NCBI GenBank assembly: GCA_951406725.2
Contig: OX597823.1
Location: 81,282,001 to 81,346,000, forward strand
Direction of reading: 5' to 3'
DNA from: Octopus vulgaris
Taxonomy: Eukaryota
DNA: 64,000 nt
Under the pieces are notes generated by a model that saw only the letters and a list, made by a program, of their open reading frames with translations, was not told where the DNA came from and ran no database searches. A program made the translations under genes and the position numbers. This document shows positions 12,658-25,303 of the stretch, piece by piece. Each line of letters begins with the position of its first letter. Position 1 is the first letter of the stretch.

Positions 12658-12811
12658 TAGGAGTGGCTGTGTGGTAAGTAGTTTGCTTATGAACCACATG
12701 GTTCCGGGTTCAGTCCCACTCTGTGGCACCTTGGGCAAGTATCTTTTACTATAGCCTCGGGCCAACCAAGGCCTTATGAATGGATACGGTAGATGGAAAC
12801 TGAATGAAGCC

Positions 12812-12818
<7 letters not shown>
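12658..12818 (+). mobile_element. SINE family A, 5' half
   Basis: Head and core up to the (TA)n tract. Confidence 0.85.
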
Positions 12819-12871
<53 letters not shown>

Positions 12872-14004
12872 ATGTATAAAACTGAAATGCGTTTTTACCG
12901 CTTGAATTGCTTTCAATGCCACTACGTTCCGTCCGATTTGCTCCAAAATTTACAGGGACATGTAGAATGAGTGACGATGCTCGTGGGCTACCTTAGAAAT
13001 CCCTATCTTAAAAGGTGTGGTTGCTAGGGGCCATCTTTCTCACTCACGCTATTTCCTCCATTCCCCTCTAACTCCCCTTCAATTATAACTTTGACAAATT
13101 CACTCTCGTTATTTAATGTATCTGTCTTCCTCAACTCACTCTCGCTATTTCCTCTCTTCCCAGCACATTTTCACTCACTCTATTTCTTACCTTCCCATAA
13201 CTTTCACTTCTAAAATGAAATAAAATGAGTTATCAACTGTTAAATATGGGGAAATATTGTCTTGCTTGGAAACAAGGTGAGGTTTGGTGACAGAAAAGGC
13301 ATCTGGGTATTAAAAAGAAAATCACCCTCAACAAAATTCATCTGACCCATGTAAGCATAGAAAAGAGAACATTCAAATGATGCCACTGCTGATACTAGAT
13401 GGTGGTGTCACATTAGTGTGAAATGCAATAATAAAGTACTCAATACCTTAAGTAAAGTGAGTATTATTTGAAGCTGAATTTGTGTGAGCCATTATTCTAT
13501 GTTTCTCATTCCTGTTCCTCAGGAGACTGACTTGTACTTTTGATATCTTATAGCAAAGTTGAAGTTTTCTTATAATACAGATCATACTGAAAATATCTTA
13601 TACACATATCAACAATACAGCATTCATAAAACAAATCATAAAACTTCATAAAAAAATTCCTCAGGAGAAATTCTATAGATATGGAGATTTTCTATGAAAA
13701 TTCCATCAAAATAGTACTTGTGATGTGTCCCATGTTGAATTTATGAATATAAAAATATATGAAAACTTCTGATTATAAAATAGAGAAACATGATTTTAGA
13801 ATTTATGACAAATTTGTTTTATATTTGGTGTGGCTTGCTTATAGCTGGTGCTATGAATGGTACATATTACCAGTAAAAAATGATATTCAATATATGTAGG
13901 GAAATGGGGTTAGTTTAGGTGTCATGGTTTGCAATAAAATTTTGGAGTTCATCATTGTTCTGTTTTTAATATAGTGGTACTTAGATCATGTTTTTGTTGT
14001 TGTT

Positions 14005-14407
14005 GCTGTTTGTTTGTTTGTTTGTTGAGCGAAGTGGTCTTCGTCCCAGAGCTTGCAAGATCGCACCTCTGTAGTGGGAGAAGTTCGAAACGTAGTCCTT
14101 TGCTATTCGTAAGACCTGCAGAAGAGAAAACAAGTCAATCCCCGACACCGAGAGCATCGACGGATGGATGAATGCGCATCCAGGCTCAGCATTTGCATAG
14201 GAAGTCGGGGACAAGAAACAGGAAGAAAGAGTGAGAGAAAGTTGGAGTGAAAGAGTACAACAGGGGTTGCCACCACCCCCTGCTGGAGCCTCGCGAAGCT
14301 TTAGGTGTTTTCGCTCAATAAACACACACAATGCCCAGTCTGGGAATCGAAACCGCGATCCTCCGACTGCGTATCCGCTGCCCTAACCACTGGGCCATTG
14401 CGCCTCC
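14005..14407 (-). mobile_element. SINE family B head and body with an alternative 3' tail and (AAAC)n end
   Basis: 14213-14407 matches the B head/body; 14005-14212 is unrelated to the tail of 6413-6794; TSD-like tgtttttg(t/c)tgttgtt on both sides. Confidence 0.8.
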
Positions 14408-14409
14408 TG

Positions 14410-14730
14410 TTTTTGCTGTTGTTATTTAGCCTTGGAACTCATAAAGCTGGATACTTGAATTCCATGGGGTACACATGACTGAGATCACAACATTCCCCTG
14501 AAAAAGGACAATGGTTTATTGTTGGTTCCAAGGCCGACAATTTTGAGGAGAGTGGACAAGTCAACCCGATTACATTAATGCTAGCACTTGACCGGTACTT
14601 TATTTTATTAAACCCAAAGAGATGAAAAGTAAAGTTGATCTTGTGATGATTTGAACTCAAAGAACCAGAAGAAATAAATGCTGCTAAGCACTTTGTCCAA
14701 TGCACTAATAATTCTGCCAGCTTGTGGCCT
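14410..14730 (-). mobile_element. Old SINE family D copy hosting the B insertion in its tail
   Basis: Nin-like core; 15-bp TSD tacttagatcatgtt at 13978-13992 and 14731-14745 encloses both elements. Confidence 0.7.
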
Positions 14731-14806
14731 TACTTAGATCATGTTAGGCCTAGCTTAACCATATTTTAGGCAATAATTTATAATATTTATGCTCATATTT
14801 TGTTGA

Positions 14807-15204
14807 GGCGCAGGAGTGGCTGTGTGGTAAGTAGCTTGCTAACCAACCACATGGTTGCGGGTTCAGTCCCACTGCGTGGCATCTTGGGCAAGTGTCTTCT
14901 GCTATAGCCCCGGGCTGACCAATGCCTTGTGAGGGGATTTGGTAGACGGAAACTGAAAGAAGCCTGTCGTATATATGTATATATATGTATATGTATATGT
15001 GTGTGTGTGTGTTTGTGTGTCTGTGTTTGTCCCCCTAGCATTGCTTGACAACCGATGCTGGTGTATTTACGTCCCTGTCACTTAGCGGTTCGGCAAAAGA
15101 GGCCGATAGAATAAGTACTGGGCTTACAAAGCCAGTCGATTTGATCGACTAAAGGTGGCGCTCCAGCATGGCCGCAGTCAAATGACTGAAACAAGTAAAA
15201 GAGT
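14807..15204 (+). mobile_element. SINE family A, full length
   Basis: 12-bp TSD atattttgttga at 14795-14806 and 15205-15216. Confidence 0.9.
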
Positions 15205-15274
15205 ATATTTTGTTGATGTATGTTGTGTTGCACACGCATACACACACACACACACACACACACACTTGTATATA

Positions 15275-15490
15275 CCAGGGGGTCTGAAAAGTTCCTGGTT
15301 TTGGGTAAAAGAAAGTAAAGGAAGATCAGTTAATTACGATTTTATTGAACATATTCCCCCTCTCAGATTCACACACTTATTGCAGCAGTCCTACAGTTTT
15401 TCTAAGTCCTGTAAAAGAACTTGGAAGGTTAAGCCTCCAACCTAGCCTTTCGTGATACCCTTAAAACCAGGAACTATTCAGCACCCCATC
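15275..15490. mobile_element. Mariner-type MITE
   Basis: TIRs ggggtctgaaaagttcctggtttt and aaaaccaggaactattcagcacccc; TA context on the left. Confidence 0.75.
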
Positions 15491-15549
15491 ACATATATAT
15501 GTGTATGTATTTATATAAATATGTGTATATCTATATTTTTCTATCTATC

Positions 15550-15583
<34 letters not shown>

Positions 15584-16291
15584 ATGGTATGAGTTGGACT
15601 ACTAGCATGGATTATATGTATGTATGTATGTATGTATGTATATATATATATATATGCCCTCGTACACATACGCTTTCATGCATACATACACCCATGTGTA
15701 TTCACATGTGCATAATTCATGTGCGCATGCACAGGCATTTACACACACAAATGTGTACACGCATATCCATATACACGTACACACAGCCATACTTATACCA
15801 TGCTTACATGCATGACCAAAACTCAGAAACATACATGCAAATGCTGCCATCTGTCATGCACACCTCAGCATCAATGCAGATATGCAAAAATATAAAATAC
15901 AAAAACACTGCATTTTTACAAAAATCCAGAGAAAGAAAACTAACAAAATATTGGAACAGCAAACTTATAGATGCTCAAATCACCAATTTACATTGTTACA
16001 CAAATGCTTGAATACACCAGATATATCAGTGTGTGAATTTATACCTACATGAGTGTTAAGTGCTACATGAATATAGAGGAAATATATAAAAGAAAATATA
16101 AGCAAATTGTAAATTTTAAAACTGCTGGTAAAATATATAAATATATATATATGTTTGTATGTATATATATAGAGATAGTTATTATAATAATTATATACAT
16201 AATTATAACAAGGGATTGGCTATAAGCCTCTCCACACGCTAGAAATAGACACCAAAAGATGCCAATGCCACCTTAAAATCTCCAAAAAGGA

Positions 16292-16678
16292 AACTAGAAA
16301 AGAACTCAGAGAGCACAGACCTCTGCCATGCAGCTCATTTTAAGATAGATACGCAAGTAAAATTACTAATAGAGAAACGAAAATAATTTTTGGAAACAGC
16401 AACACCACCATAGGTGTTTTCAAGGGAGATAATCAAAGAACGTAACATTGTAATATTTCATGTAAAGTAAATATAACAAATGAAAATTCCTTCAAGAATC
16501 CATAAAAATTTCCGGATCACAACCAAAATTACATCATCTGTTCCTTGTGTCATTACCAACTTTTCCTGCAAGTTTCATCAAATGCCGTTCACAACTGTTT
16601 GAGTTTTTTGCACACAGACGGACAGACGGACAAACCAATGCTGATGAAAACATAACCTCCTTCTTTGGCAGAGGTAAA
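16292..16678 (-). mobile_element. Helentron-associated non-autonomous element (HINE/DINE-1-like)
   Basis: Subterminal IR acctctgcca (16319-16328) and tggcagaggt (16666-16675); 5' ttacctctgccaaag..ggaggttatgttt; (GAC[AG])n microsatellite; ends ctagtt. Confidence 0.7.
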
Positions 16679-16689
16679 CATGGGCTGTA

Positions 16690-17186
16690 GTCGAGCAAAA
16701 GAAAGATAATGAATTAAAATTTTGGTTAAACATGTTCAAGATCCTGTTTCAAGCTTAAGGTAAAAAAATTTATACCTACTGCTATCTTCTGACACATGGA
16801 AATCTTTTGCAATTGACCTCATGGACTTTTTGGGATTGTAATCAATGGTCTGTTGAACTTTCTGGATAAATTCAAGTGTTCTGATGATTTCAGGGTGTTT
16901 AGAATGCTTTTTATGCTTTGATACTGGTGATAACGTTTCCATCTTCAGTATCTAGCTCCTTACAAACTTTGTAGATAAGAAATCAGGCAACTTTAAAAAA
17001 AAAGTTGAGATATTTCTGAATTGTGATGCTCAGCCATTATAAACACAATGATAGCTTGCCTTTTCATCTCTTGATTAAGCTGAGGGTCTGCCATTATTAT
17101 TTTCTGAAACAAAGATTATACAAAGTTAGCAAAAAATGCAGCAATGACCCAACAAAGGTATGTCCTCAAATACCTTATGCACCCTG
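16690..17186 (-). mobile_element. Tc1/mariner (maT-like) 5' end with transposase HTH relic
   Basis: TIR TA|CAGGGTG at 17186; KRQAIIVFIMAEH..EISTFFKVA..KVCKEL, then IRTLEFIQKVQQTIDYNPKKSMRSIAKDFHVSE. Confidence 0.75.
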
Positions 17187-17272
17187 TATATATATGTATA
17201 TATATGTGTGTGTATGTGTATATATATATATGTGTGTGTGTGTGTGTTTGTGTATATGTGTGTGTGTGTGTT

Positions 17273-17305
<33 letters not shown>

Positions 17306-17306
17306 A

Positions 17307-17510
17307 TCATCATCATCATTTAATGTCCGCTTTCCATGCTTGCAAGGGTTGGATGGTTTGACTGAGAACTAGCAAATCAGGAGGCTGTACCAGGCCCAAA
17401 TCTGATCTGGCAAGGTTTCTACAGCTGGATGCCCTTCCTAATACCAACCACTCCAAGATTGTAGTGGGTGCTTTTATGTGTCACTGGCATGGGGGCCATT
17501 CAGGCGGAAC
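17307..17510 (-). mobile_element. RTE LINE 3'UTR fragment
   Basis: (CAT)n + ttaatgtccgctttccatgc..agctggatgcccttcctaa. Confidence 0.8.
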
Positions 17511-17546
17511 TGACATATATCTATGTGTATGTCTCTCTCTTTCTCT

Positions 17547-17584
<38 letters not shown>

Positions 17585-17685
17585 ATTTTATCTATCTATT
17601 TGTCCGTCTGTGTGTATGTATGTATGTATATATGTATGTGTGTATGTATGTATATATGTATGTGTATATATATATATATATATAC

Positions 17686-17741
<56 letters not shown>

Positions 17742-18188
17742 ACACACATATAATCTCCAAAAAGAAAGTTTGCAAAAACTCATCCAATTATTTAATAATT
17801 GCTGGACAATTCATTAAAATTTTGAATAATTGCTTAGCAATAATAAAAGATATCATTATGAAAAGCATTAATTATCTGAGAATTAGAAAAGCTTTATAGA
17901 TGCTTAAAAATATAAATATTTAAATATATAAATATATTAATATCAGCAGAATAATGGATTGTATAATGATTATCATATTATGATAATATTATCACATCTA
18001 GTCATTAAAATATATGGCTCTGTGGTTAAGAAGCTTGTATGGTTTCAGGTTCAGTCCCACTGCATGGAACCTTGGACAAGATTCTTTACTATATCCCTGG
18101 GACGACCAATGTATTGTGAGTAAATTTGGGAGATAGAAACTGTGTGGAAGCCCATCACTCATTGAACACACACACACACACACACACA

Positions 18189-19552
18189 CAGGGTGTGGTG
18201 AATAAACTTGTTTAAATTACACAAAAATGAAAAAAAGCACTGTCATCTTATTTTAACAGATATATTTACCAAAATTACATAAAAATATCTTGAAATACTA
18301 AAGAGTAAATTTATTCAATATAATCACCATTGGCTTCAACCAGGGCCTCCAGACGACTTTGGAATCTTCTGCAATTCTTCTGGGCAGCCTCCTTGTTTAA
18401 GTTGGTGAATGCTACTATATTCCTTACCTTCAGTTCATCTTTGGTATTACAAGGAGTTTTGTTGGTCGCTCACTCAACTGTGCCCCACACATAATGATCA
18501 AGGGAGATGCAATTGGTGAGTCAGGTGGCGAGATGTCAGGGGTGATGTGGTCACAGAAATTTTCTGACAGCTATGACTGGGTTCTCCCGCTTGTGTAGCA
18601 TGACGCAGTGTTCTGTTGCCAAACATAGAGTCTGCCAACAGCCATCTTCTTGGCCCAGGGCAGCACTACCTCCTCCAGGCTTCTGTGTTGAGTCTGAGAC
18701 CATGTGGGAAAGATGAATGGAGGCATAATGTCACCATCATAAGTGACACTTCAAACACCATAGCGTTGACTGGATGTTTGGTTTTTATCACTCTTGGTAC
18801 ATGTCCTCAGATTGACACCCAAACATTCTGAAATGTTCATATTGGAGTTTCCAACATGAATGTCAAGCAGTACAGCATGATGTTTCCAAATTTCTGGCAG
18901 AGTGAATTGTGTCATGGTGCTGTTTTTCTCACAGGTGGTACCCAACTGACCCTACCATATTCTGTTGACAACAAAATCAAAAACAAACAATATGCATGTG
19001 CAAAATTCAAAATATAAAACGGTGACAATTTACCTATTGCACCCTGTTTATCATATATTGTATATATGCATATATATATTCCGATCTGGCATGGGTTGGA
19101 TGGTTTGACATGGAGATGGCTAGCAGTGAGCTGCCCAAACTCCAACTGTCTGTTCTAGCATGGTCTCTATGGCTGGATGCCCCTCCTAATGCCAATCACA
19201 TGTCGGAAAAATGAATGGAGGCATAACATCACCATCAAAAGTGATCACTCCAAACACCATGATATTGACTGGATATTTGATTTTTGGTACATATCCACAG
19301 ATTGCACTGTCCTCAGATTGACGCCCAAATACTCTGAAATGTTTTTATTGGAGCTTCCAGTGCGAATGCCAAGCAGTACAGTTTGTCGTTTCCAAATTTC
19401 TGGCAGAGTGAATTGCGTCATGGTGCTGCTTTTCTCACAGACAGTACCCAACTGACCCTACTATACTGTGTAGTCGACAAAATCAAAGACAAACAATGAG
19501 TGTGCATGAAATTCAAAATATAATATGATGACAATTTACCCACCACACCCTG
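18189..19552 (-). mobile_element. DD37D (maT) Tc1/mariner, internally deleted, with duplicated 5' end
   Basis: TIRs cagggtgtggtg at 18189 and ending at 19552 (a second 5' end at 19046). N-term MTQFTLPEIWK..LGVNLRT occurs twice. C-term YVWQQN(D)TASCYT..DHITPDISPPDSP-CISLDHYVWG..NGDYIE*; 37 residues between catalytic D2 and D3 after restoring a 1-nt deletion. Confidence 0.85.
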
Positions 19553-19711
19553 TATGTGTATATTGTTTTCGTTATTTTTCATCCTGTTTTACATATGTGA
19601 GTTACATGTATATGTTAAATGTGGAGTTATATTTGTAGAAAATAGAAATAAGTGGTCTTTGACTGCTATTTCTAATTTTTCGGTATGTGGTTAAGCAACC
19701 TGTTGCTTGCC

Positions 19712-19745
<34 letters not shown>

Positions 19746-19862
19746 CTTTTTGAAAAAGTTCCTACCGATAATGGTTATATTTCCATACGGAAATCTACCA
19801 GGAAATAATCGTTGATTTTGAAATTAATAATTATTTACCCTTATATTATAAATATATATATT

Positions 19863-20120
19863 ATCATCATCATCATCATCATCATTTAAAGTCTAGCATG
19901 GGTTGGACGATTTGACTGAGGTCTGGCAAACCAGACTCCAATCTTATCTGGCAGAGTTTCTACAGCTGGATGCCCTTCCTAATGTCAACCACTCCGAGAG
20001 TGTAGTGGGTGCTTTTACGTGCCACCGGCACGAGGGTCAGTTTGGTCATACTGGCAACAGCTACGCCCAAATAGTGCTTTTTACATGCCACCTGCACAGG
20101 AGCCAGTCCAACGGCACTAG
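19863..20120 (-). mobile_element. RTE LINE 3'UTR fragment
   Basis: (CAT)n tail and ctggatgcccttcctaa..gtgccaccggcac. Confidence 0.8.
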
Positions 20121-20504
20121 GTAGGTAGGGTAAAAACTCAGCTGTTTCTTCTTGAAGCACATTGCTTATTTCATTATTACAATCTAGTTTGTAGTTGTTG
20201 TAATGATGTGAAGTACATATTAGAGTGTTAGATTTGAAATTGCTGGAAATATTGTTTGCAGAATTATTGTATAACAAAACTGTTGGATCACAACCACATG
20301 GTTCCAGGTTCAGTACCACTGCATTGCACCTTGGGTAAGTGTCTTCGATTATAGCCTTGGGTTGATCAAAGTCTTGTGAGTGGATTTGTTATGTGAAAAC
20401 TGAAAGAAGTGTGTTGTATATATATATAGGCATTTGAAATATATAAATTCATATATATTTATATGAATATATAAATACATGTGAAATTTGACTGGCGAAT
20501 GTTT

Positions 20505-20773
20505 TATTGTTAAAGTGAAAGCATTTGACATAAAATAGAGAAATATTTTTGTTTCACTTTTAACATGTAATACTGAAATAGTGGAGAAGATATGATATTG
20601 CCATGGGCTCGCTCTAGGCAAGAAGTTGAACATTTTTTTTGCCCATGAAACTACATAGACCCTAAGTAAGGCGTGTGTAAAATTTGAATGAAATTGATTG
20701 TGTAGTTCTCAAGTTTTAGGGAAACACACAGACAGACAGACAGACATTCTCAGTTTTATATATATAATAAAGA
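20505..20773 (-). mobile_element. Non-autonomous Helitron 5' portion
   Basis: Minus strand starts A|TCTTTATTATATATATAAAA..(GTCT)n.. Confidence 0.55.
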
Positions 20774-20891
20774 TATATGTATATATATATGTATGTGGCA
20801 GCACCAATTGATGACAGCACCAACATTCGCCAGTCAAATTTCACATGTATTTATATTCACACACAGATATACACACTTTATTGATGACACA

Positions 20892-22480
20892 TCTATATAT
20901 ATAAAAGCGAAGTTGTGTGAGTGTCTGTCTCCTACGATTTAGATTCCTAACTACTCCCACATTTTGCGGTGCAGTTTCACCAAATTCGGGTATCTTATAG
21001 TCGTGATTCATATCGAGCCCATCTAGGTATTAGAGCGTGTCTACGATGAGTCTACGATTTAAAAAATAATTTACCATAATTTTTTTCCATTTTAATGCAT
21101 ATTTTTTAAAGGCTGTGGGGAAGGGAGTGTAAGGAAATCAACGTCGTAAAGCGTTGTCAAGGAGACCAGCGTTCTTTTAGAACAATGACTTCATGGCTTG
21201 AAGACACCAAAACAGAAATGGCTAAGAAAACCCGAAAGCAAATTCTACAAAATCGGGAAACACGCCACACAGGGAAGGTTTCCCATGCAAATAATTTGCA
21301 CAAACGAATATTATAGTTGTTGCACAACTTTTACTTAAAAAATATTATCCAAACACAAACTTTTGAAGGCAATATTGTATGGCGATGGTACTTGTGAAAT
21401 ATGGTAATGGATTTTGTAGCCAAAAGGAGAGAGCAGAGGCATAGTATGGTGGTGGTGGAGGCGGTGGTAGTGGCAGCGGTGGTGGTGGTGGTGCTGGTAG
21501 TGGTGATGGTGGTCGTGGTCGTGGTGGTTGTCGTGTTTGTGGTGGTGGTGGTGGTGTTGTTGTTGTTGTTGGTGGTGGTCGTGGTGGTGGGGTTGGTGAT
21601 GATGGTGGTCGTGGTGGTCGTGGTGATGATGGTGGTGGCAGTGGTGGTCGTGGTGGTCTTCGTGATGGTGGTGGTGATGGTCATGGGCGTAGTGGTGGTG
21701 GTGGTCATGGTGGTAGTGGTGATGGTGTTGGTCATGGTGGTGGTGGTGATGGTGACTGAAGCTGTCGTCTGGGTTCTTCCAATTTTTTCATGTGTCGGTG
21801 GCGGCGTTGGCGTTCATGCTCGCACCTGCACCTGTGTAGCTCCTTCCCTTCTTCCCTCCCTCGTGAAGCTGTGGGGAAGGCAGGGTAGGGAAATCAACGT
21901 CGTAAAGCGTTGTCAAGGAGACCAGCGTTCTTTTAGAACAATGACTTCATGGCTTGAAGTCGCCAAAACAGAAATCGCTAAAAAAGCTGAAACAGATCCA
22001 CAAAAACGGCAAAAACCGCCACACAGGGCAGGTTTTCTGTGCAAACAATTTGCACAACCGAATGTTTTAGTTGTTGCACAAATCTTTATATATAAAAGTG
22101 AAGTTGTGTGTCTGTCTCCTGCGATTTAGATTCCTAACTACTCCCACATTTTGCGGTGCAGTTTAACCAAAACTGGGTATCTTATAGTCGTGATTCATAT
22201 CGAGCCCTTCTGGGTATTAGTGCGCGTCTACGACGAGTCTACGATTAAAAAAAAAATTTACCATCATTTTTTCCATTTTAATGCATTTTTTCGCTATTAT
22301 ATAAGGGAAGTAACTCTCTAAAAATGTCTACGATGAGTCAACGATTTAAAAAAAAAATTACCATAATTTTTTATTCCATTTTTAATGCATTTTTTTGCTA
22401 TTTTTTTGCTATAACTCTCTAAAAATGCTTATATAGTTATTTCCCTTACAAACCCGAGCAACGCCAGGCGATACTGCTAG
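20892..22480 (+). mobile_element. Composite non-autonomous Helitron
   Basis: A|TC at 20892, second A|TC start at 22083 with the same 5' sequence, subterminal ccc..gcaacgcc.ggc hairpin and CTAG|T at 22477-22481. Confidence 0.8.
21440..21760. repeat. (GTG/GTC/ATG)n degenerate trinucleotide repeat
   Basis: Direct inspection. Confidence 0.9.
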
Positions 22481-22944
22481 TAGTATATATGATTTGTTTA
22501 TAAGCTGAATGGCTGTGATATAGTGTCCTGGGAAGCATGCCTTCATGATGCCAAGTGTTAAAGAGTAGTGAATGTCTTAGACCAGGCAAGACTTTCAATG
22601 TTCATTAATACTCAGCATTGTGAAGGTGTGATTCTCAGGATGCTGTCCCACAGCCAAGAGGCATAGAAACAAATCACATACCATATGTATGTGTCATCGA
22701 TAATGTCTACACTATTAGAGCTGCTTTTAATTCAAAATTTAATCAATGTATGTATGTTTGTATGTATGTATCTATTTATCTATCTATTTAATATATATAT
22801 ATCTATATGTGTGTATATCTAGGATTGGTCAAATGATGTGGCCACAGCTGATGAGACCCCAATAAAGGTTGAAAATCAATTAAGGTTGTTCATCATTTGT
22901 TTTACAATCTCTAGTGAAATAGGTTAATTTGACATGTCTAACAT

Positions 22945-24790
22945 ATAGCTTTTTCTTTCTCTTCCACCTTTTCCTCCTCCCCTCTTCTCCCTCTTCCTTC
23001 TTCTTCTTCCTCTTCTCTCTCTTCCTCTTCTCTCTCTTCCTCTTCTTCTCTCCCTTCCTCTTCTTCTCTCTCTTCCTCTTCTTCCCCCTCTTCCTCTTCT
23101 TCTCCTACCTACTCTTCTTCCACCTCCACTTCCTCCCATCTTCACTTCCTCCTCTTTCTCTCTTTCTCCCCATCTCCATTTCCCCCTCTTCCTCCTCCTC
23201 CTCCTCTACTTCTCCACTTCATCTACTTTTCCACCTCCCTCTACTTCCTCCACTTCTCCTTCCCTCCTCATCCACTTCCTCCTTCCCTTTTCCCCTTCTC
23301 TCCTACTCTCCTCCCTTCCTCTCTCTTCCTCTCCGCCCCTCCTCCCACCTCTCCTCCCCGTCTCCCTCCTCTCCACCCATTCTCCCTCCTCTCCTCCTCC
23401 TCTCCCCTCTCCTCCTCTTCTCCACCTCCTCCTCTTCCCTCTTCCTCTCCATCTTTCTCTCCTCCCACTTCCTCCCCTTCTTCCACCTCCACTTCTTCCT
23501 CCTCTATTTCTCCACTTCCTCCTCTTCTCCACTTTCTATTTATTTCTTCCTTCCCTTCTCCTCCTCCTCTTTTCCTTTTCTCTTCCTCCCCTCCTTTCCT
23601 CCAACTCTCCTCTTCTTTCCTCCAACTCTCCTGTCCTTTCCTCCAACTTTCCTCCCCCTCTCCTAGCCTCTGTTCCCCCTCCCCCTCCTCTGCTCTCCTC
23701 CCCCTCCTCTGCTCTCCTCCCCCTCTCCTCCTTGCCTGCTCTTCCTCTTCCTCCCCTCCTCCTCCTTCCCCTCGCCTCTCCTCTCCTTCCCCTCGCCTCT
23801 CCTTCCCCTCGCCTCTCCTCTCCTTCCCCTCGCCTCTCCTCCTCTCCTCCCCCTCTCCTCCCCCTCTCCTCTCCTTTCCTCCTCCTCCTCCTTCCCCTCT
23901 CCTTCCCCTTTCCTCTCCTTCCCCTCGCCTCTCCTCCTTTCTTCTCCTCTCCTTTCCTCCTCCTCCTCCTCCTCATCTCCATCCTCTTATCCTCTCCTCA
24001 CTCTTCTCTCCTCTTGTCCCTCCTCTCCTCCTGTCTCTTCTCCATCCTACTCTCCTCCCTCCTGTCCCCCCTCATCTCCCTCCTCCTCTCTCTCCTCTCC
24101 CTCCTCCTCTCTCTCCTCTCCCTCCTCTCACTCTTCCAGTCCTCCCTCTTCTCCTCCATCTTCGTCTCCTCCCTCTTCATCTCCACCCTCTTCTTCTCCT
24201 TTCTCCCTTCTTCTCCTCCTTCCTTTCCTCCTCTCCCTCCTCCTCTCCCCTCCCTCCCCTTCTCTTTCCTCTTCCTCTCCCATATCTCCATCATCTCACC
24301 ACCCCACTTCCTCCTACATCAATCTTCTCCCACTTTCTCCCCTCCTACTGATCCTCCCCATTTTCTCTTCACCCTTGTCACCACCACCACAACCATCTAC
24401 TATTTCTTTCATACCAGTGTCTAACCACCCCTCTCTGGTCTTCTTTCCCTTTCTCTCCTCATTTCTCTCTTATTCCTTCTTTCATTCCCCTCCTGCCTTC
24501 ACTTCTACTTCCTTTCACCTTCATTTTTATTTAATTTCTCTGACAATCCTCTCCCTCTTTTTCTCAATTTTTTCTTTTCTTTTTTCCTCTCCAACTCTCT
24601 CCAGCCTCTTTTCCTCTCCTCACTCATCATCCTTTCTTCCCTTTGTCTCTAATTCCTTACCTATCCACGTCTTCCCCTCTCTTCTCAACACTGTTTGTCT
24701 CTATCTCTCTCTATCAATCTCTCAGTCTATCTCTCTCCTCCCTTCTCTGGCTCCTCCCTCTCTCCTTACCCTGTCCTTTCTCCTCCAGTT
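22945..24790. repeat. About 1.8-kb polypyrimidine (CT-rich) low-complexity tract
   Basis: Almost only C/T on the + strand; (CCT)n/(CTT)n motifs. Confidence 0.95.
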
Positions 24791-25162
24791 ACTCACTATT
24801 ACACGCCACCATTTAATATCACATCACATCACATCACATCATATCACATCACACATTTCTGAGCATAGAAATTCTACAAACCTATTGTATATGGAACTAT
24901 TTCCAGACTCCAGATTCAGAACTCCAAGAGGGTGGCTCAGTGTTACCACAGAACTGCAAAGCAGAGTTACAATCTATCTCTATCTATCTCTCTACCTACC
25001 ACCCATCATTTCTCTCTCTTTTTTTTTGCTAGTTACCTACCTCCCTCCCAGCTTGTTTCTCTGTCTTTCTGTCTTTCTCTTTCTCACACATAGATGCATG
25101 CATTCAAACACAAATACAAATATACATACAGATCCAGCTAAATGTGCACAAATATACACATG

Positions 25163-25303
<141 letters not shown>

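Noticed and set aside
21401-22129. 242-aa Val-rich membrane-like ORF
   Set aside because: (GTG)n repeat within a Helitron
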